NCBI GenBank assembly: GCA_037137755.1
Contig: JBAXJR010000002.1
Span: 32,001-96,000 of the forward strand
Reading direction: 5' to 3'
Length of the DNA stretch: 64,000 nucleotides
Source of the DNA: Methanomicrobiales archaeon
GTDB lineage: Archaea; Halobacteriota; Methanomicrobia; Methanomicrobiales; Methanospirillaceae
The first letter of the stretch is position 1, and each line of letters begins with the position of its first letter. Under the pieces are notes generated by a model. The model did no database searches and was not told where the DNA came from. It saw only the letters and a list, made by a program, of their open reading frames with translations. The position numbers were made by a program, and so were the translations under genes. This document shows, in pieces, positions 38,931 through 48,967 of this stretch.

Positions 38931-40706
38931 TTATTCGATACGGTCATAGCCTGGATCATCCGAACGGTCGGGTGTTATTCCTGGTTTCTCCTTTGGCTTT
39001 ACCTGGATCTCCCGAATGACCCGTGTCCCGCCCATCGCGGATAATATCGCAGCGATGATGGAAAGTAGGGCCCCGATGTAGAAGGAGATCCGAAGCGACG
39101 GCATGAAGGCCGTTGCAAGGGTTGTCGGGAACCAGGTCGTGCCAGTCAGGGTTGTTATGGTTGTGGGGCTGATCGTGGCAACGATCGATGCCGGTACTGT
39201 TACAAGGATCGCCTGGACCGGGTTGTATCCCAGGAATGCGGCAAATAATGCACCTGTCGGTGGAATTGTACTCATTGGGATGATTAGTTCAGGGGCCCCG
39301 GCTTCTGTAAGCGATGTAGCGAGTACCGGGGGAAACATGTGCGTCATGCTGATGATGACGATGGTGAAAAACAGGGCCATGGAGACGACCATCCCGGTGT
39401 TCTGCAGCATCGACCTCATGCCCGACGCGACACCCCGGTCTTCCGGGGGCACAGAATTCATGATGGCCGCGATATTCGGCGCACCAAACATGCCGTTCCC
39501 GAGGCCCATGATCAGGAGTGCGACAGCGAAGACCGGGTATTCAAAGTTATACGGCAGCACGGCCAGTATCAGGAACGCGAGGGCGATGAGGAGCATACCG
39601 GACGTTGCGAACCACCGGGAGCCGTATGTATCTGATAACCAGCCTGACAGAGGGCCCATGATAATAAACCCTGCTGTGAGGGGCAGCATGAATATCCCGG
39701 CCCAAAACGGTGTCGATTCATAGCTGTAACCGTGAAGCGGCAACCAGATGCCCTGCAACAGCATGATCAGGAGGAACATCATGCCCCCGCGGGCGAGTGC
39801 ACCCAGGAACCCGGCTGTGTTCGCAAGGGAAAATATCCTGTTCTTAAAAAGGGCCAGCCTGAACATCGGGTCCTCAACCCGGCTTTCAATGATCGGGAAT
39901 GCGATCAGAAGGGCGATTCCGATGAACATGGATGCCTGTACCCATGGATTGCCCCATCCCATCGGGTCCTGTCCGTACGGGAGAAGTGCATACGTGATAC
40001 CGATCAAAAAGATAGTCAACCCGGCAACAAAGGTGATATTGCCCCACACATCTACCTTCAGACCCCGTTTCGGTAATGATGTCTCTTTGAGCTTCATGAA
40101 GGCCCATATCGTGCCCAGGATACCGACCGGTACACTGACGAGAAACACGTACCGCCAGTTGTAGAATGCGAGGATTCCACCGAGGATGAGGCCAATGAAC
40201 TGGCCCGACAGGAACGCCATCATGTTGAGCCCCAGGGCCTTGCCACGTTCACCAGGTGGGAATGCATCGGTGAGGATTGCCGCACTGTTGGAAAAGGTGA
40301 ACGATGCACCAACTGCCTGGACGAGACGGAACACAATCAGCTCAATTGCACCTGCATCCCCTGTTCCAGGCGTGAGAAAAAGCAGGATGGAACCGAGGGT
40401 GAAAATGGCAAACCCGATATTATAGAGCTTCACCCTCCCGTACATGTCCGAAAGCCGGCCGAAACTGAGAAGCAGTGTTGCGGTGACGAGGCTGTACCCC
40501 ATCAGTATCCAGATCAGGTACTGGAACGAGGTGAGCGGGTCGATATTGATGCCGTTGAAGATCGCAGGCAGCGAGATGAGGATGATGCTCCCGTTCACGG
40601 AGACCATGAACATCTCGATCGTCGTTATCGAGAGTACGATCCACTTGTATTCGATGCCTTTTTTGACAGATCCTGTGTTATTGCCTGCGATTTCGCTTTT
40701 TTCCAT
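38931..40706 (-). CDS. MFS transporter, DHA2 (EmrB/QacA-like)
   Basis: [10 protein letters not shown]; [16 protein letters not shown]; about 14 TM. Confidence 0.92.
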   Translation of the reverse strand: MEKSEIAGNNTGSVKKGIEYKWIVLSITTIEMFMVSVNGSIILISLPAIFNGINIDPLTSFQYLIWILMGYSLVTATLLLSFGRLSDMYGRVKLYNIGFAIFTLGSILLFLTPGTGDAGAIELIVFRLVQAVGASFTFSNSAAILTDAFPPGERGKALGLNMMAFLSGQFIGLILGGILAFYNWRYVFLVSVPVGILGTIWAFMKLKETSLPKRGLKVDVWGNITFVAGLTIFLIGITYALLPYGQDPMGWGNPWVQASMFIGIALLIAFPIIESRVEDPMFRLALFKNRIFSLANTAGFLGALARGGMMFLLIMLLQGIWLPLHGYSYESTPFWAGIFMLPLTAGFIIMGPLSGWLSDTYGSRWFATSGMLLIALAFLILAVLPYNFEYPVFAVALLIMGLGNGMFGAPNIAAIMNSVPPEDRGVASGMRSMLQNTGMVVSMALFFTIVIISMTHMFPPVLATSLTEAGAPELIIPMSTIPPTGALFAAFLGYNPVQAILVTVPASIVATISPTTITTLTGTTWFPTTLATAFMPSLRISFYIGALLSIIAAILSAMGGTRVIREIQVKPKEKPGITPDRSDDPGYDRIE

Positions 40707-40975
40707 TCTGATCGGGCTGTCCCCCGGGATAATCCAAATGTTTTTCCTGGATATGTAAACTATCCTTTACATCGTTGGATCTTTTTGGACTATAATGTTT
40801 CCAGATTGAATTGTCATTAAAAATTTCGTCCCAAGTTGGACTATTTGCTGTACTACTTTTATCCAGCCCCTCAAAAACAATAAAGCGTAATGAGAAAAAG
40901 GAATACCCCCCTCGCAGAAACCGGAAAGTGTTGTATCGTGACACCAACCTGTGAAGAGACGGGAACGTCCGCCAT

Positions 40976-41443
40976 TCACTCTCTATTCTGCTCAAGTACG
41001 GTCATGCGGGGATAAAACCCGAACCCCAGGTAAAATTTCCACGCTCCTTCGTTCCCGTCGCCGACCGAGACCCGGTTCCTGACCGATCCGTTCGCGTCAA
41101 GCCATGCGAGAGCCCTGGTCACTAATGCGGAACCGATCCCCCGTGAACGGTATCTGTCTTCAACGAATATCGACTCGATCTCGCCCTTCTTCTCTTGTGA
41201 CAGGGAACTGACACAGTACCCTATATACCGGCCGGATTCCGTGTCGAAAACAAGGTCCAGTTGCAGAGACCCCGTCGATGCGATCTTTTCAAAAAACTTC
41301 TTACGATCGTCGAAGGTCATCTTCTCGTAGTGCTGCCGGAAGGTCCCCGCACGTGTATGGTGATATTCGTTGAGCTGGACCCATAGTGGCCTGATCAGCT
41401 CGATGCTGGTGATGCCTGATGTCCGGTATTCAAAGGGCGGCAT
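40976..41443 (-). CDS. GNAT-family acetyltransferase
   Basis: EIESIFVEDRYRSRGIGSAL; N..AWKFY..FGF; start at MPPFEY. Confidence 0.9.
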   Translation of the reverse strand: MPPFEYRTSGITSIELIRPLWVQLNEYHHTRAGTFRQHYEKMTFDDRKKFFEKIASTGSLQLDLVFDTESGRYIGYCVSSLSQEKKGEIESIFVEDRYRSRGIGSALVTRALAWLDANGSVRNRVSVGDGNEGAWKFYLGFGFYPRMTVLEQNRE

Positions 41444-41577
41444 TCTTACATTTGAATTAGGATGTGAAAAGGGAATAAGGGTGCCGGGGGGGTGCCGGTC
41501 ATTTAATGGCACATCCCGGATCATCGATGTATTTCTCCCGGGGAAAAAAGAGGAGGCCCCAGTCAGTTTTACCCGTT

Positions 41578-42327
41578 TCAGGACTTGATTGTCCGGAACA
41601 GGTAGGCACCAATAATGGTAATGGCGATGGTGAATCCACCGAGCACTGCGAGGCACACGAGCGGGTTAATCTGTGAGACCCCGGTCAGGCCGTACCGGAT
41701 CCCCTCAACACCATAGGTAAGCGGGTCGAGGAGCGTTATCGGGACAATTGCTGGCGGCAGGCTGCTGATGGGGAAGAGCGCTCCGGAGAGGCCGAAGATC
41801 GGGAAGACGACGAAGTTCATGATGAGCTGGAACCCGGTCATGTCATCCATTCTCGACGCGATCGCGATGCCGAACGCGGTGAAGGCGATCCCGATCAAGG
41901 CCATGAAGCCGAACGCAATGAGAAATCCCGTTATAGTTCGGCTATTCAACCCGATAAACAGCGAGATCACGAGTATGATCACGCCCTGGATGAACGCCGT
42001 TGTTGCACCGCCAGCTGTCTGCCCCAGCATGATCTCCAGGCGGGAGACCGGCGCAACAAGCGTCTCTTTCAGAAACCCGAACTGCTTGTCCCATATGATC
42101 TGGATACCGGAGAAGACGGACGTGAAGAGGACACTCATGGCGATCATGCCCGGAATGAGGAAAACAATATAGTTCTCGTCCATTCCGGGGATCTGCACGA
42201 CGGAGTTGAGCCCGAAGCCGAGGAAGAGCAGGAAGAAGAGCGGCATGCTGACGCTGCCGATAATACGGCTCTTCGACCTGATATACCGCTTCATATTCCG
42301 GAGCCAGATGGTATAAATGATATCCAT
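41578..42327 (-). CDS. ABC-2 type permease (DrrB-like)
   Basis: IWDKQFGFLKETLVAPVSR; LSGALFP; PLTYGVEGIR. Confidence 0.92.
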   Translation of the reverse strand: MDIIYTIWLRNMKRYIRSKSRIIGSVSMPLFFLLFLGFGLNSVVQIPGMDENYIVFLIPGMIAMSVLFTSVFSGIQIIWDKQFGFLKETLVAPVSRLEIMLGQTAGGATTAFIQGVIILVISLFIGLNSRTITGFLIAFGFMALIGIAFTAFGIAIASRMDDMTGFQLIMNFVVFPIFGLSGALFPISSLPPAIVPITLLDPLTYGVEGIRYGLTGVSQINPLVCLAVLGGFTIAITIIGAYLFRTIKS

Positions 42328-42329
42328 GG

Positions 42330-43316
42330 TTACCGCCTCATCATTTTCTGGTACATCCGCATGTTTGCTTTCCCGTCGGCTTCCTCCTCGCGGATGGTCT
42401 TGCCGGTAAAGGAGAGGAAGACGTCTTCGAGCGTCGGCTTGTGGATCAAGATCGATTCGATCGCGATTTTATCCCTGTTCAGGAGCGTCACGATGGTACC
42501 CACGTGCTGCTCGGCGTTCTTAAGGCTGATGATAACCTGCCCGTCGTGCTGCTCGATCCGTGAGACCCACGGCTCATTTAATGCTGCGACAATGGCAGAA
42601 GGGTCTGATGATTTGAGGGTGACGACATCGCCGCCCATCCCGTTCTTAAGGTTCACAGGGGTGTCGAGGGCGATGATCTTACCGTGATCGATAATAGCGA
42701 TCCGGTTGCAGAGGCGGTCCGCTTCCTCCATGTAATGCGTAGTGAGGATGATGGTGATCCCGTGCTCTTTGTTGAGGGTTGCAATGTACTGCCAGAGGTG
42801 GTTCCGGGTCTGCGGGTCGAGGCCGAGTGTAGGTTCATCGAGGAAGAGCACGGCAGGACGGTGGAGGAGTCCGCGGGCGATCTCGAGCCTTCGCCTCATT
42901 CCGCCGGAGAACGTCTTAACGATATCGTCTTTCCTATCCTCGAGTTCCACGAGGTTCAGGAGTTCATAGATCCGCTGGTTCCGGATATCCCCGTGAATGC
43001 GGTACAGCCTCCCATGGAAGTCCATGTTCTCCCAGGCGGTAAGCTCCTCGTCGAGGCTCTGGTCCTGGAAGACGATCCCGATTGACTTCCTGACCCCGTC
43101 CTCGTTGTGTTCAATATCCATCCCATTCACCGTGGCGGAGCCCGAGGTGGGTTTTAACATGGTCGAGAGCATCGCAAGGGTCGTGGTCTTCCCGGCCCCG
43201 TTCGGGCCCAGCAGGCCGAAGATCTCTCCCTGTTCGATCTCAAATGAAATATCATTCACCGCGACCAGGTCGTTAAATTTCCGGGTCAGGTGATCAACGT
43301 GTATTGCAACTGTCAT
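42330..43316 (-). CDS. ABC exporter ATP-binding protein (DrrA-like)
   Basis: GPNGAGKTT, FSGGMRRRLEIARG, LFLDEPTLGLD, TTHYMEEAD. Confidence 0.95.
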   Translation of the reverse strand: MTVAIHVDHLTRKFNDLVAVNDISFEIEQGEIFGLLGPNGAGKTTTLAMLSTMLKPTSGSATVNGMDIEHNEDGVRKSIGIVFQDQSLDEELTAWENMDFHGRLYRIHGDIRNQRIYELLNLVELEDRKDDIVKTFSGGMRRRLEIARGLLHRPAVLFLDEPTLGLDPQTRNHLWQYIATLNKEHGITIILTTHYMEEADRLCNRIAIIDHGKIIALDTPVNLKNGMGGDVVTLKSSDPSAIVAALNEPWVSRIEQHDGQVIISLKNAEQHVGTIVTLLNRDKIAIESILIHKPTLEDVFLSFTGKTIREEEADGKANMRMYQKMMRR

Positions 43317-43319
43317 CTT

Positions 43320-43802
43320 TTATCCAATCCTTTTCAGATCATTCAGGCACTGTTCCAGCACCCGCACCGCATGATGCTCATCGCCCGGTGGAAGTTCATC
43401 GAGCGTGGTTTTAATATCAAACAGCAGTCCTTTTGCACTGACCCTGGCTCCGCCGAAGATGTCAAGGATCAGGTTCTTGTAAAGCGCCATCTTCCTGTGG
43501 TTTTCCTGTCCCTGCTCTTTCACTGTCTGCAGGGTCTCTTCCCCGCTCTTTGTCACTGCAAATGTAGTCTTCGCCCTCTTACCGGTGGCGATCACCTCAA
43601 TGAGGTGTTCGTCCTCGAGCTGGTGGAGCACCGGGTACAGCGTCCCCTTACTCGGGACCCAGAGCCCGCCGGTCTTCTCCTTGATCTCGGTGAGAAGATC
43701 ATAGCCTGACTTTGGGCACCTGCTTAAGGAGTGCAGGATGAAGAGTGCAAGTAAACTCCGTTCTTTCCCATGCCGGGAACCAAACTTCAGCAGGCTGGTC
43801 AT
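43320..43802 (-). CDS. PadR-family regulator
   Basis: PKSGYDL..PSKGTLYPVLHQLE..FAVTKSG. Confidence 0.9.
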   Translation of the reverse strand: MTSLLKFGSRHGKERSLLALFILHSLSRCPKSGYDLLTEIKEKTGGLWVPSKGTLYPVLHQLEDEHLIEVIATGKRAKTTFAVTKSGEETLQTVKEQGQENHRKMALYKNLILDIFGGARVSAKGLLFDIKTTLDELPPGDEHHAVRVLEQCLNDLKRIG

Positions 43803-43805
43803 CTA

Positions 43806-43827
43806 AATAGTCCGATTACGTACTATT
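43806..43827. promoter_or_regulatory. Candidate PadR operator
   Basis: AATAGTcCGattaCGtACTATT palindrome between the TATA-like TTTATAT (about 43847-43853, minus strand) and the padR start. Confidence 0.6.
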
Positions 43828-44061
43828 ATGGTAAAGGAATTGAAGAGATATAAAGCTGAAGGTGCTGATAAATAGGTTTCAATAGTATCCGTGCTCCGGG
43901 TAAACCCCCGGGATATGAAATCATTACGAAACATGACAAGGTCTTGGGAGAACCGGTTTCCACAGCTTTGTTGAAAAAGATATGAACTGGGTGTGAATTC
44001 ACCATTCATGTCTGTTTCACAAAGCAGGTTCCTCGAAAAATAAATGCATCCGGCAGTCTAT

Positions 44062-44841
44062 TCAGTCCAGCCGCTTCTCGTGGTTAGGAAATGCCACCCG
44101 GGGTCTCCGTGTAATGAAGGAGGCGTCAAGGTTTTTCACCATCAACGCTGCTATTCCTGCCGGAATACCCAGCGCCATCATATCGGGTGGAAGGGAATGG
44201 TTTTGCGTCGGGTCCTGCGGCCCCATAAATGCAGTATTGGTTGGAGCATTCGCAGCCATTCCCGCCGGATACGTGATGAACGTGGCACATGAGGGTCCCC
44301 AGGGGACAATGACAGGGGAGAACGGGTCATCACGGTCAAAATGGACGAGGGCCACCATATTCCGGACCTGTTCTGCAGTGCCAAAGCAGCAGACTGACCG
44401 TATATCCGGGGATGGATCGGGGAGTGCGTCACACGCTGATACGACAAGATATTTTCCCGGGGCTGTAATTTTCCCCATGACTTTGAAACAGGCTTCAACT
44501 TTTTCCGGGCCTGATTTTAAGAATTCCGCAGCTCCACCCCGGACATCTTTCCGGCCGGTTGAGACGAAGTATTTAATATCCTCCCGTTCCGGGGTAAATC
44601 CCATGTGGGAGATGCCGCCCGGGCAGCAGCCTTCGCTGGTATCTGCACTGACATAGACTGCTGACACTTCGTTTCGTGTCGCCATCCGGAACAGGGAAAC
44701 CGCAAAACACCGGTTCACTTCGGCCATACGGGGAATGCCCAAAGGAAGTACTTCTGATCCGTACACGGCGAGAGGGCGTGTCGAAAGCCTGAATGCTGAC
44801 GTGAGCCTCGCCCCTATTTCCCTGATATTAAGTTCGGTCAT
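44062..44841 (-). CDS. DUF169 domain protein
   Basis: CCPGGISHMGF; AEQVRNMVAL; PWGPSCA; follows its paralog by 12 bp. Confidence 0.8.
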   Translation of the reverse strand: MTELNIREIGARLTSAFRLSTRPLAVYGSEVLPLGIPRMAEVNRCFAVSLFRMATRNEVSAVYVSADTSEGCCPGGISHMGFTPEREDIKYFVSTGRKDVRGGAAEFLKSGPEKVEACFKVMGKITAPGKYLVVSACDALPDPSPDIRSVCCFGTAEQVRNMVALVHFDRDDPFSPVIVPWGPSCATFITYPAGMAANAPTNTAFMGPQDPTQNHSLPPDMMALGIPAGIAALMVKNLDASFITRRPRVAFPNHEKRLD

Positions 44842-44853
44842 GGTTATTCTACC

Positions 44854-45678
44854 TCAATCGCACTCGGCAAGCCCTTTCCAGATCGGGCCGTCGAACACAC
44901 CGTCCTTTGCCTCCTCCTCCATCTCCAGGAAGAGCGAGAACGGTACGGCAAAGGTGAACATATGTGCAGGGATGGTTGTTCCCACACTCTCCCGTGCGGA
45001 AAGATCCGTGTACCCGAGCACTGCCCGGGGGTGCTCTTGCTTTGCCTCGTCGTACACGAATGCCCCGATCTGCTGGCAGGCTGCCATGGGGGGGACCCGC
45101 ACCGGATCGGTGCCCTCGCGGACTGCCCCGACGAGGGTGACGAGCCCGGTGATCTGCAGCGGGTCGGCAACAAATACAACAACAACCGGGTGTTCACCAG
45201 GTTTCACCTTGCTGAGTGGCGTGAAGATCACGTACTTCTCGGCAATGTCGGTGATCGGCAGGTCCACGGTCATAAACCTTTTTGCCTTCTCTGTATTTTT
45301 ATGGAGGCGTTCACCGTGGATGAACTTGGCCCGGTCCCGTTCGGGAACCTGTTGCACCATCGCGCAATAGGCCTCCGGGTTTTTGCTGCTCTCTGAGCCT
45401 TTTACAAAGAACGAGGCCATGAATTCGACACCTGCGCCTCCGAAGGCATCGTAGTACCCGTTGCCGAAACCAAGTCCCGCCCGTGCACCGGGGCAGCCAT
45501 AGCTCTCCCGGTCAAACACAGCGGTCTTCCCCTTCATTGCTACATGTGCAAAGAACGGCATGATGCAGCCGAATCCGTGCGGTTTTATCTGCAATGCCCC
45601 TTCGGGTTTTACATTACTCCAGAGAATTGCCACGGGTTCCTGGCCAAGCCGGAGTTTTTCTGCGGTAATGCTCTTCAT
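44854..45678 (-). CDS. DUF169 domain protein
   Basis: EPVAI; GCPGARAGLGFG; VFVADPLQITGL; AACQQI; LGYTDLSAR. Confidence 0.85.
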   Translation of the reverse strand: MKSITAEKLRLGQEPVAILWSNVKPEGALQIKPHGFGCIMPFFAHVAMKGKTAVFDRESYGCPGARAGLGFGNGYYDAFGGAGVEFMASFFVKGSESSKNPEAYCAMVQQVPERDRAKFIHGERLHKNTEKAKRFMTVDLPITDIAEKYVIFTPLSKVKPGEHPVVVVFVADPLQITGLVTLVGAVREGTDPVRVPPMAACQQIGAFVYDEAKQEHPRAVLGYTDLSARESVGTTIPAHMFTFAVPFSLFLEMEEEAKDGVFDGPIWKGLAECD

Positions 45679-45729
45679 GTCAGTTCATCATCCTGAGCAA
45701 TACTATCCGATGAACCTCCTCTCTATAAA

Positions 45730-45747
45730 TAGATGACTATTCAACTA
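45730..45747. promoter_or_regulatory. Candidate MarR operator
   Basis: TAGATGACTATTCAACTA imperfect palindrome (14/18) next to TATAAAT, between the divergent DUF169 and MarR genes. Confidence 0.6.
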
Positions 45748-45766
45748 ATTGCAAGGTCTGGAGAAC

Positions 45767-46228
45767 ATGGGTCTGAACGACGAAGAATCTGTTACTCAGT
45801 GGATTTCGGATAGTGAAGTTCCGGCAGCACTGATTTCGTACACGTATCGTACGATTCAGAAATCATTTGCCAAAGAGCTGGCCTTGTATCATATCGGTTG
45901 GGGTCACTTCGCGATCCTGATGTCCCTGTACGAGATGGAAGGCCGCAGTCAGGACCGTCTTGCCTTATCCCGGGGTTTTGATAAAACAATGATTGCGAAA
46001 TCCGTGGTCAGGCTGGAGGAAGAGGGTTTTATTCGCCGCGAGATTGACCAGGACGACAAGCGGGTGAAACGGCTGTATCTTACGGAAAAAAGCCGGAATC
46101 TCCGCCTGGAGATGGAGCGGATTGGTTACCGGTTGAATGAGTTACTCATCAGGGATTTCGATGCAGAGGGATCAGTTCAGGCAATCGGGAACCTTCGAAA
46201 GATTGCACTGAATGCATCGGAACTGTGA
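45767..46228 (+). CDS. MarR-family regulator
   Basis: SQDRLA..DKTMIAKSVVRLEEEGFIRR..DKRVKRLYLTEK; GGAG RBS. Confidence 0.92.
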   Translation: MGLNDEESVTQWISDSEVPAALISYTYRTIQKSFAKELALYHIGWGHFAILMSLYEMEGRSQDRLALSRGFDKTMIAKSVVRLEEEGFIRREIDQDDKRVKRLYLTEKSRNLRLEMERIGYRLNELLIRDFDAEGSVQAIGNLRKIALNASEL

Positions 46229-46444
46229 CTGTGGAATTCCTGACTCCGCAATGACCGGAGTGTAATAGGGCAGGAGATTCTCCTTGATATCAGGCACTGC
46301 CCCCGGTGGAAAGAGTTCGGGGAATGTTACGAAGGGATAAAACAGGAGTTTATAGACCTGAAAAAATGTACCGGTGGATCCCCGCAACCCCCGGAAAAAC
46401 GGGGCTGGGAAAAATTTCCCGGGCTTTCGAGATACAGATATTTC

Positions 46445-46705
46445 GGCTGTGTTGAAACCCTGCATATTTAAAAAAAAGAAGGACTACGTTGACAGGAGGG
46501 GGTTTCACCCCCTCCCTGCCCCACCCCCAATAAGATATCCATTGGCAGGGTTAAATTGGGGCATTCTAGAAAATTTCAGAGGTTTGGAGATTATTCCCTA
46601 TCCCAACCGGGGTCGCCACAGCGGCGGGGCGAAGCCCCGGGAGCGTGACTAACTATTGGAATAATCTGATCTGCAAGATCGGTTTGAGAGGGTTTCAACA
46701 GAGCC
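46445..46705 (+). mobile_element. MITE-family copy F (261 bp, intact TIRs, perfect 8-bp TSD)
   Basis: TIRs GGCTGTGTTGAAACCCT / AGGGTTTCAACAGAGCC (16/17); gatatttc at 46437-46444 and 46706-46713; no transposase. Confidence 0.92.
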
Positions 46706-46860
46706 GATATTTCGTTAATTTTTTTCTTGGAATTGTTTTTCATCCTCCAACGATAGTTGGGACGGATTTTTCGAATAACAAGAATCCACAATATTGGATT
46801 TTTGGTTGATTTCAACAAAGAACGAATTGCTTTAAATAACAGGGTGCAATGGAGATATAC

Positions 46861-47445
46861 ATGCTAAACGATTTTATGGAGAAGGTCAGGGGTTTTATTT
46901 TGAAACCTGTCGAGACCTTCCAGGAATGTAAGGAAGACTCCCTCGGAAATGCCCTTACCTATTACATCATTCTCGTTATCATTAACGCGATCCTCTCGAC
47001 ACTGGTCCTGTTTGCAGGGATAAGCACCCTGAGCATGTACGAGAAAATCCCTGGAATGGAAGGGATCTTCCCGGCTGTCCTGTTCGTTGGTATAATCGTG
47101 GGAGGAATCATCGGCGTGTTCATTTGCGGTGCATGGCTCCACATTTTTGTCTGGCTCCTCGGTGGGAGAAAAGGTTACGAAAAGACATTGAAAGCCATCA
47201 TGTATGGATCAACACCGGGACTCCTGATCAGCTGGATCCCAATCATTGGTATTATTGGAGCGTTATGGACTCTCATTCTTGAGATCCTTGGTATCCAGGA
47301 ACTCCAGGAGATGTCCACGGGGAGAGCAGCTGCAGCAGTTATTCTCGCAGTGGTCGTCTTTGTGATTATTATCATCGTTGTCGCCCTGGTATTTTTTATG
47401 GCCGTTACAAGAGTCATAAGTGCATCTTCATACATAACCCATTAA
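46861..47445 (+). CDS. YIP1-family membrane protein
   Basis: LKPVETF; HIFVWLLGG.KGYEKTLKAIMYGSTP; LGIQELQEMSTGRA. Confidence 0.88.
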   Translation: MLNDFMEKVRGFILKPVETFQECKEDSLGNALTYYIILVIINAILSTLVLFAGISTLSMYEKIPGMEGIFPAVLFVGIIVGGIIGVFICGAWLHIFVWLLGGRKGYEKTLKAIMYGSTPGLLISWIPIIGIIGALWTLILEILGIQELQEMSTGRAAAAVILAVVVFVIIIIVVALVFFMAVTRVISASSYITH

Positions 47446-47623
47446 CTCCATTTTTTCCAAAATATGATATGTTTCCGTTTTCCAGTGTATTGGCGGTGAG
47501 TAATGGTAACCACCACATAGAGGGCACACCTCCTGCCCCGTTGAAGGGGCATGGAGTATCTCAACGGTACCCTGGTAAAGGAAGAATTCCCGTCCTCCCT
47601 GAAAAGAAATGAATGAATCTGCT

Positions 47624-48250
47624 TCAGTTCCTGACGTAGATATACCGGAGCAGGTGAGTGTGCCTGCCCTCCCCGCCATGTTCTTCGGGGTCCTCCATCA
47701 TGCCGGTCTCCAACACATCGAAGTCCCGGAACTCTGATACCAGGTCCTCTTCTGAATAATAGTGGACTTCTCGTCCGGGCTTACTCTCGAAGGTGTTCTC
47801 CTCGACCTTCCTGCCCGTGCCATAACCAGGCTCCCTGTCGGAGAAGACCACGAAGAACATAACCCCTCCCTCCTTCAGCTGCTCCAGGCATCGTGCAAGG
47901 AATGAAGCCCGGTCGACCTTCCGGAAGAGGTGAAGAACATTGAAACAGTAGATACCATCATACATCGAGTCGTCGAAGGGCATGTCAAGCACTGACCCGT
48001 GGTGGTACCGTACTTCCCCCGGATTTTGCAGCGCAAGAGTAACCGCCGTCGTTGAGATCTCTATGCCGGTTACCAGAAACCCTTCCCTGGCAAATGCCAC
48101 GGCATTGCGGCCATACCCGGAGCCCGGTACAAGGACCTCGTGCACACTGGCCGATTTAAAGAGCCGGATCGCGTACTCCACGGTCCTGCTGGGTGTATCG
48201 CCCCATATCATGCCTTCCTCGATGAAACGCTCCTCCCAGAAGGTGTTCAT
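47624..48250 (-). CDS. Class I SAM-dependent methyltransferase
   Basis: VLVPGSGYGRNA..VTGIEIS; YDGIYCFNVLHLF; LKEGG. Confidence 0.9.
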   Translation of the reverse strand: MNTFWEERFIEEGMIWGDTPSRTVEYAIRLFKSASVHEVLVPGSGYGRNAVAFAREGFLVTGIEISTTAVTLALQNPGEVRYHHGSVLDMPFDDSMYDGIYCFNVLHLFRKVDRASFLARCLEQLKEGGVMFFVVFSDREPGYGTGRKVEENTFESKPGREVHYYSEEDLVSEFRDFDVLETGMMEDPEEHGGEGRHTHLLRYIYVRN

Positions 48251-48438
48251 ACAGGAGATGTGGTCTTTTGCGGAAAAGTACCTGCCGGAACAGTCCGGGT
48301 ATACATTCAACGACCCTTTAAGGAACGAAACAGAAACAGGGTGGTTGCAAAGACACCGGGGAATTATCTTCTGAAAAGGGAGGGAGCTGAACAACAGTAT
48401 CCGGTCCGGTGAAGGTGACCCGGGTCATGCCCCGGGTT

Positions 48439-48702
48439 TCAAATACCTGGTGTCTCTTTTAATGTTATATTATACATGCACCCGTCATACGTGGACTTTT
48501 TCCGCGAGACCCGGAAGGGTGTATGCGGCATATTTTCTGCCCGCTCTAGAAATTTTGCAACAGTGCCTCCATCAACAACCCTGAGGCCGCAAATCCTGAT
48601 AATTGTGCCTACCTTACCGTTGAGCACTTTGCCCTTGTGAAGAGATGAAAGGAGTGACTGGCCGATTTCCCATTGTTTTTTTCTGATTTCACTCTTTTCC
48701 AT
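48439..48702 (-). CDS. Small hypothetical protein
   Basis: 87-aa ATG ORF in an otherwise empty gap. Confidence 0.5.
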   Translation of the reverse strand: MEKSEIRKKQWEIGQSLLSSLHKGKVLNGKVGTIIRICGLRVVDGGTVAKFLERAENMPHTPFRVSRKKSTYDGCMYNITLKETPGI

Positions 48703-48967
48703 ATGTTGTATACTGTGCAGGTAGTAATCATAGCTTTGCTAATGAACAATGGTAACAAATAAGCCTTTAATGGATTTATTTTTTTAAAAATTCAACGGTT
48801 AATCGTGAAAACTGGTCATATGGATATTCGATAATTCTGTAAAATTTCGTTTCACAATCTGGATGAACTGAGCAGAAGTGGCCTGGAACAGAAGGAAGAG
48901 GGGACGGGAGATGAGGGACTAACCTTTTCGGCGGACATACTCCATCCCGGGTCCTGATTTTTTAGAG

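Noticed and set aside
46374-46818. ORFs overlapping MITE copy F, and the similar CGDPGWDR peptide at 17431-17739
   Set aside because: Incidental translations of the repeat; no transposase motifs.
47428-47679. 83-aa ORF with CPLCGG
   Set aside because: Overlaps two real genes and has only one Cys pair.
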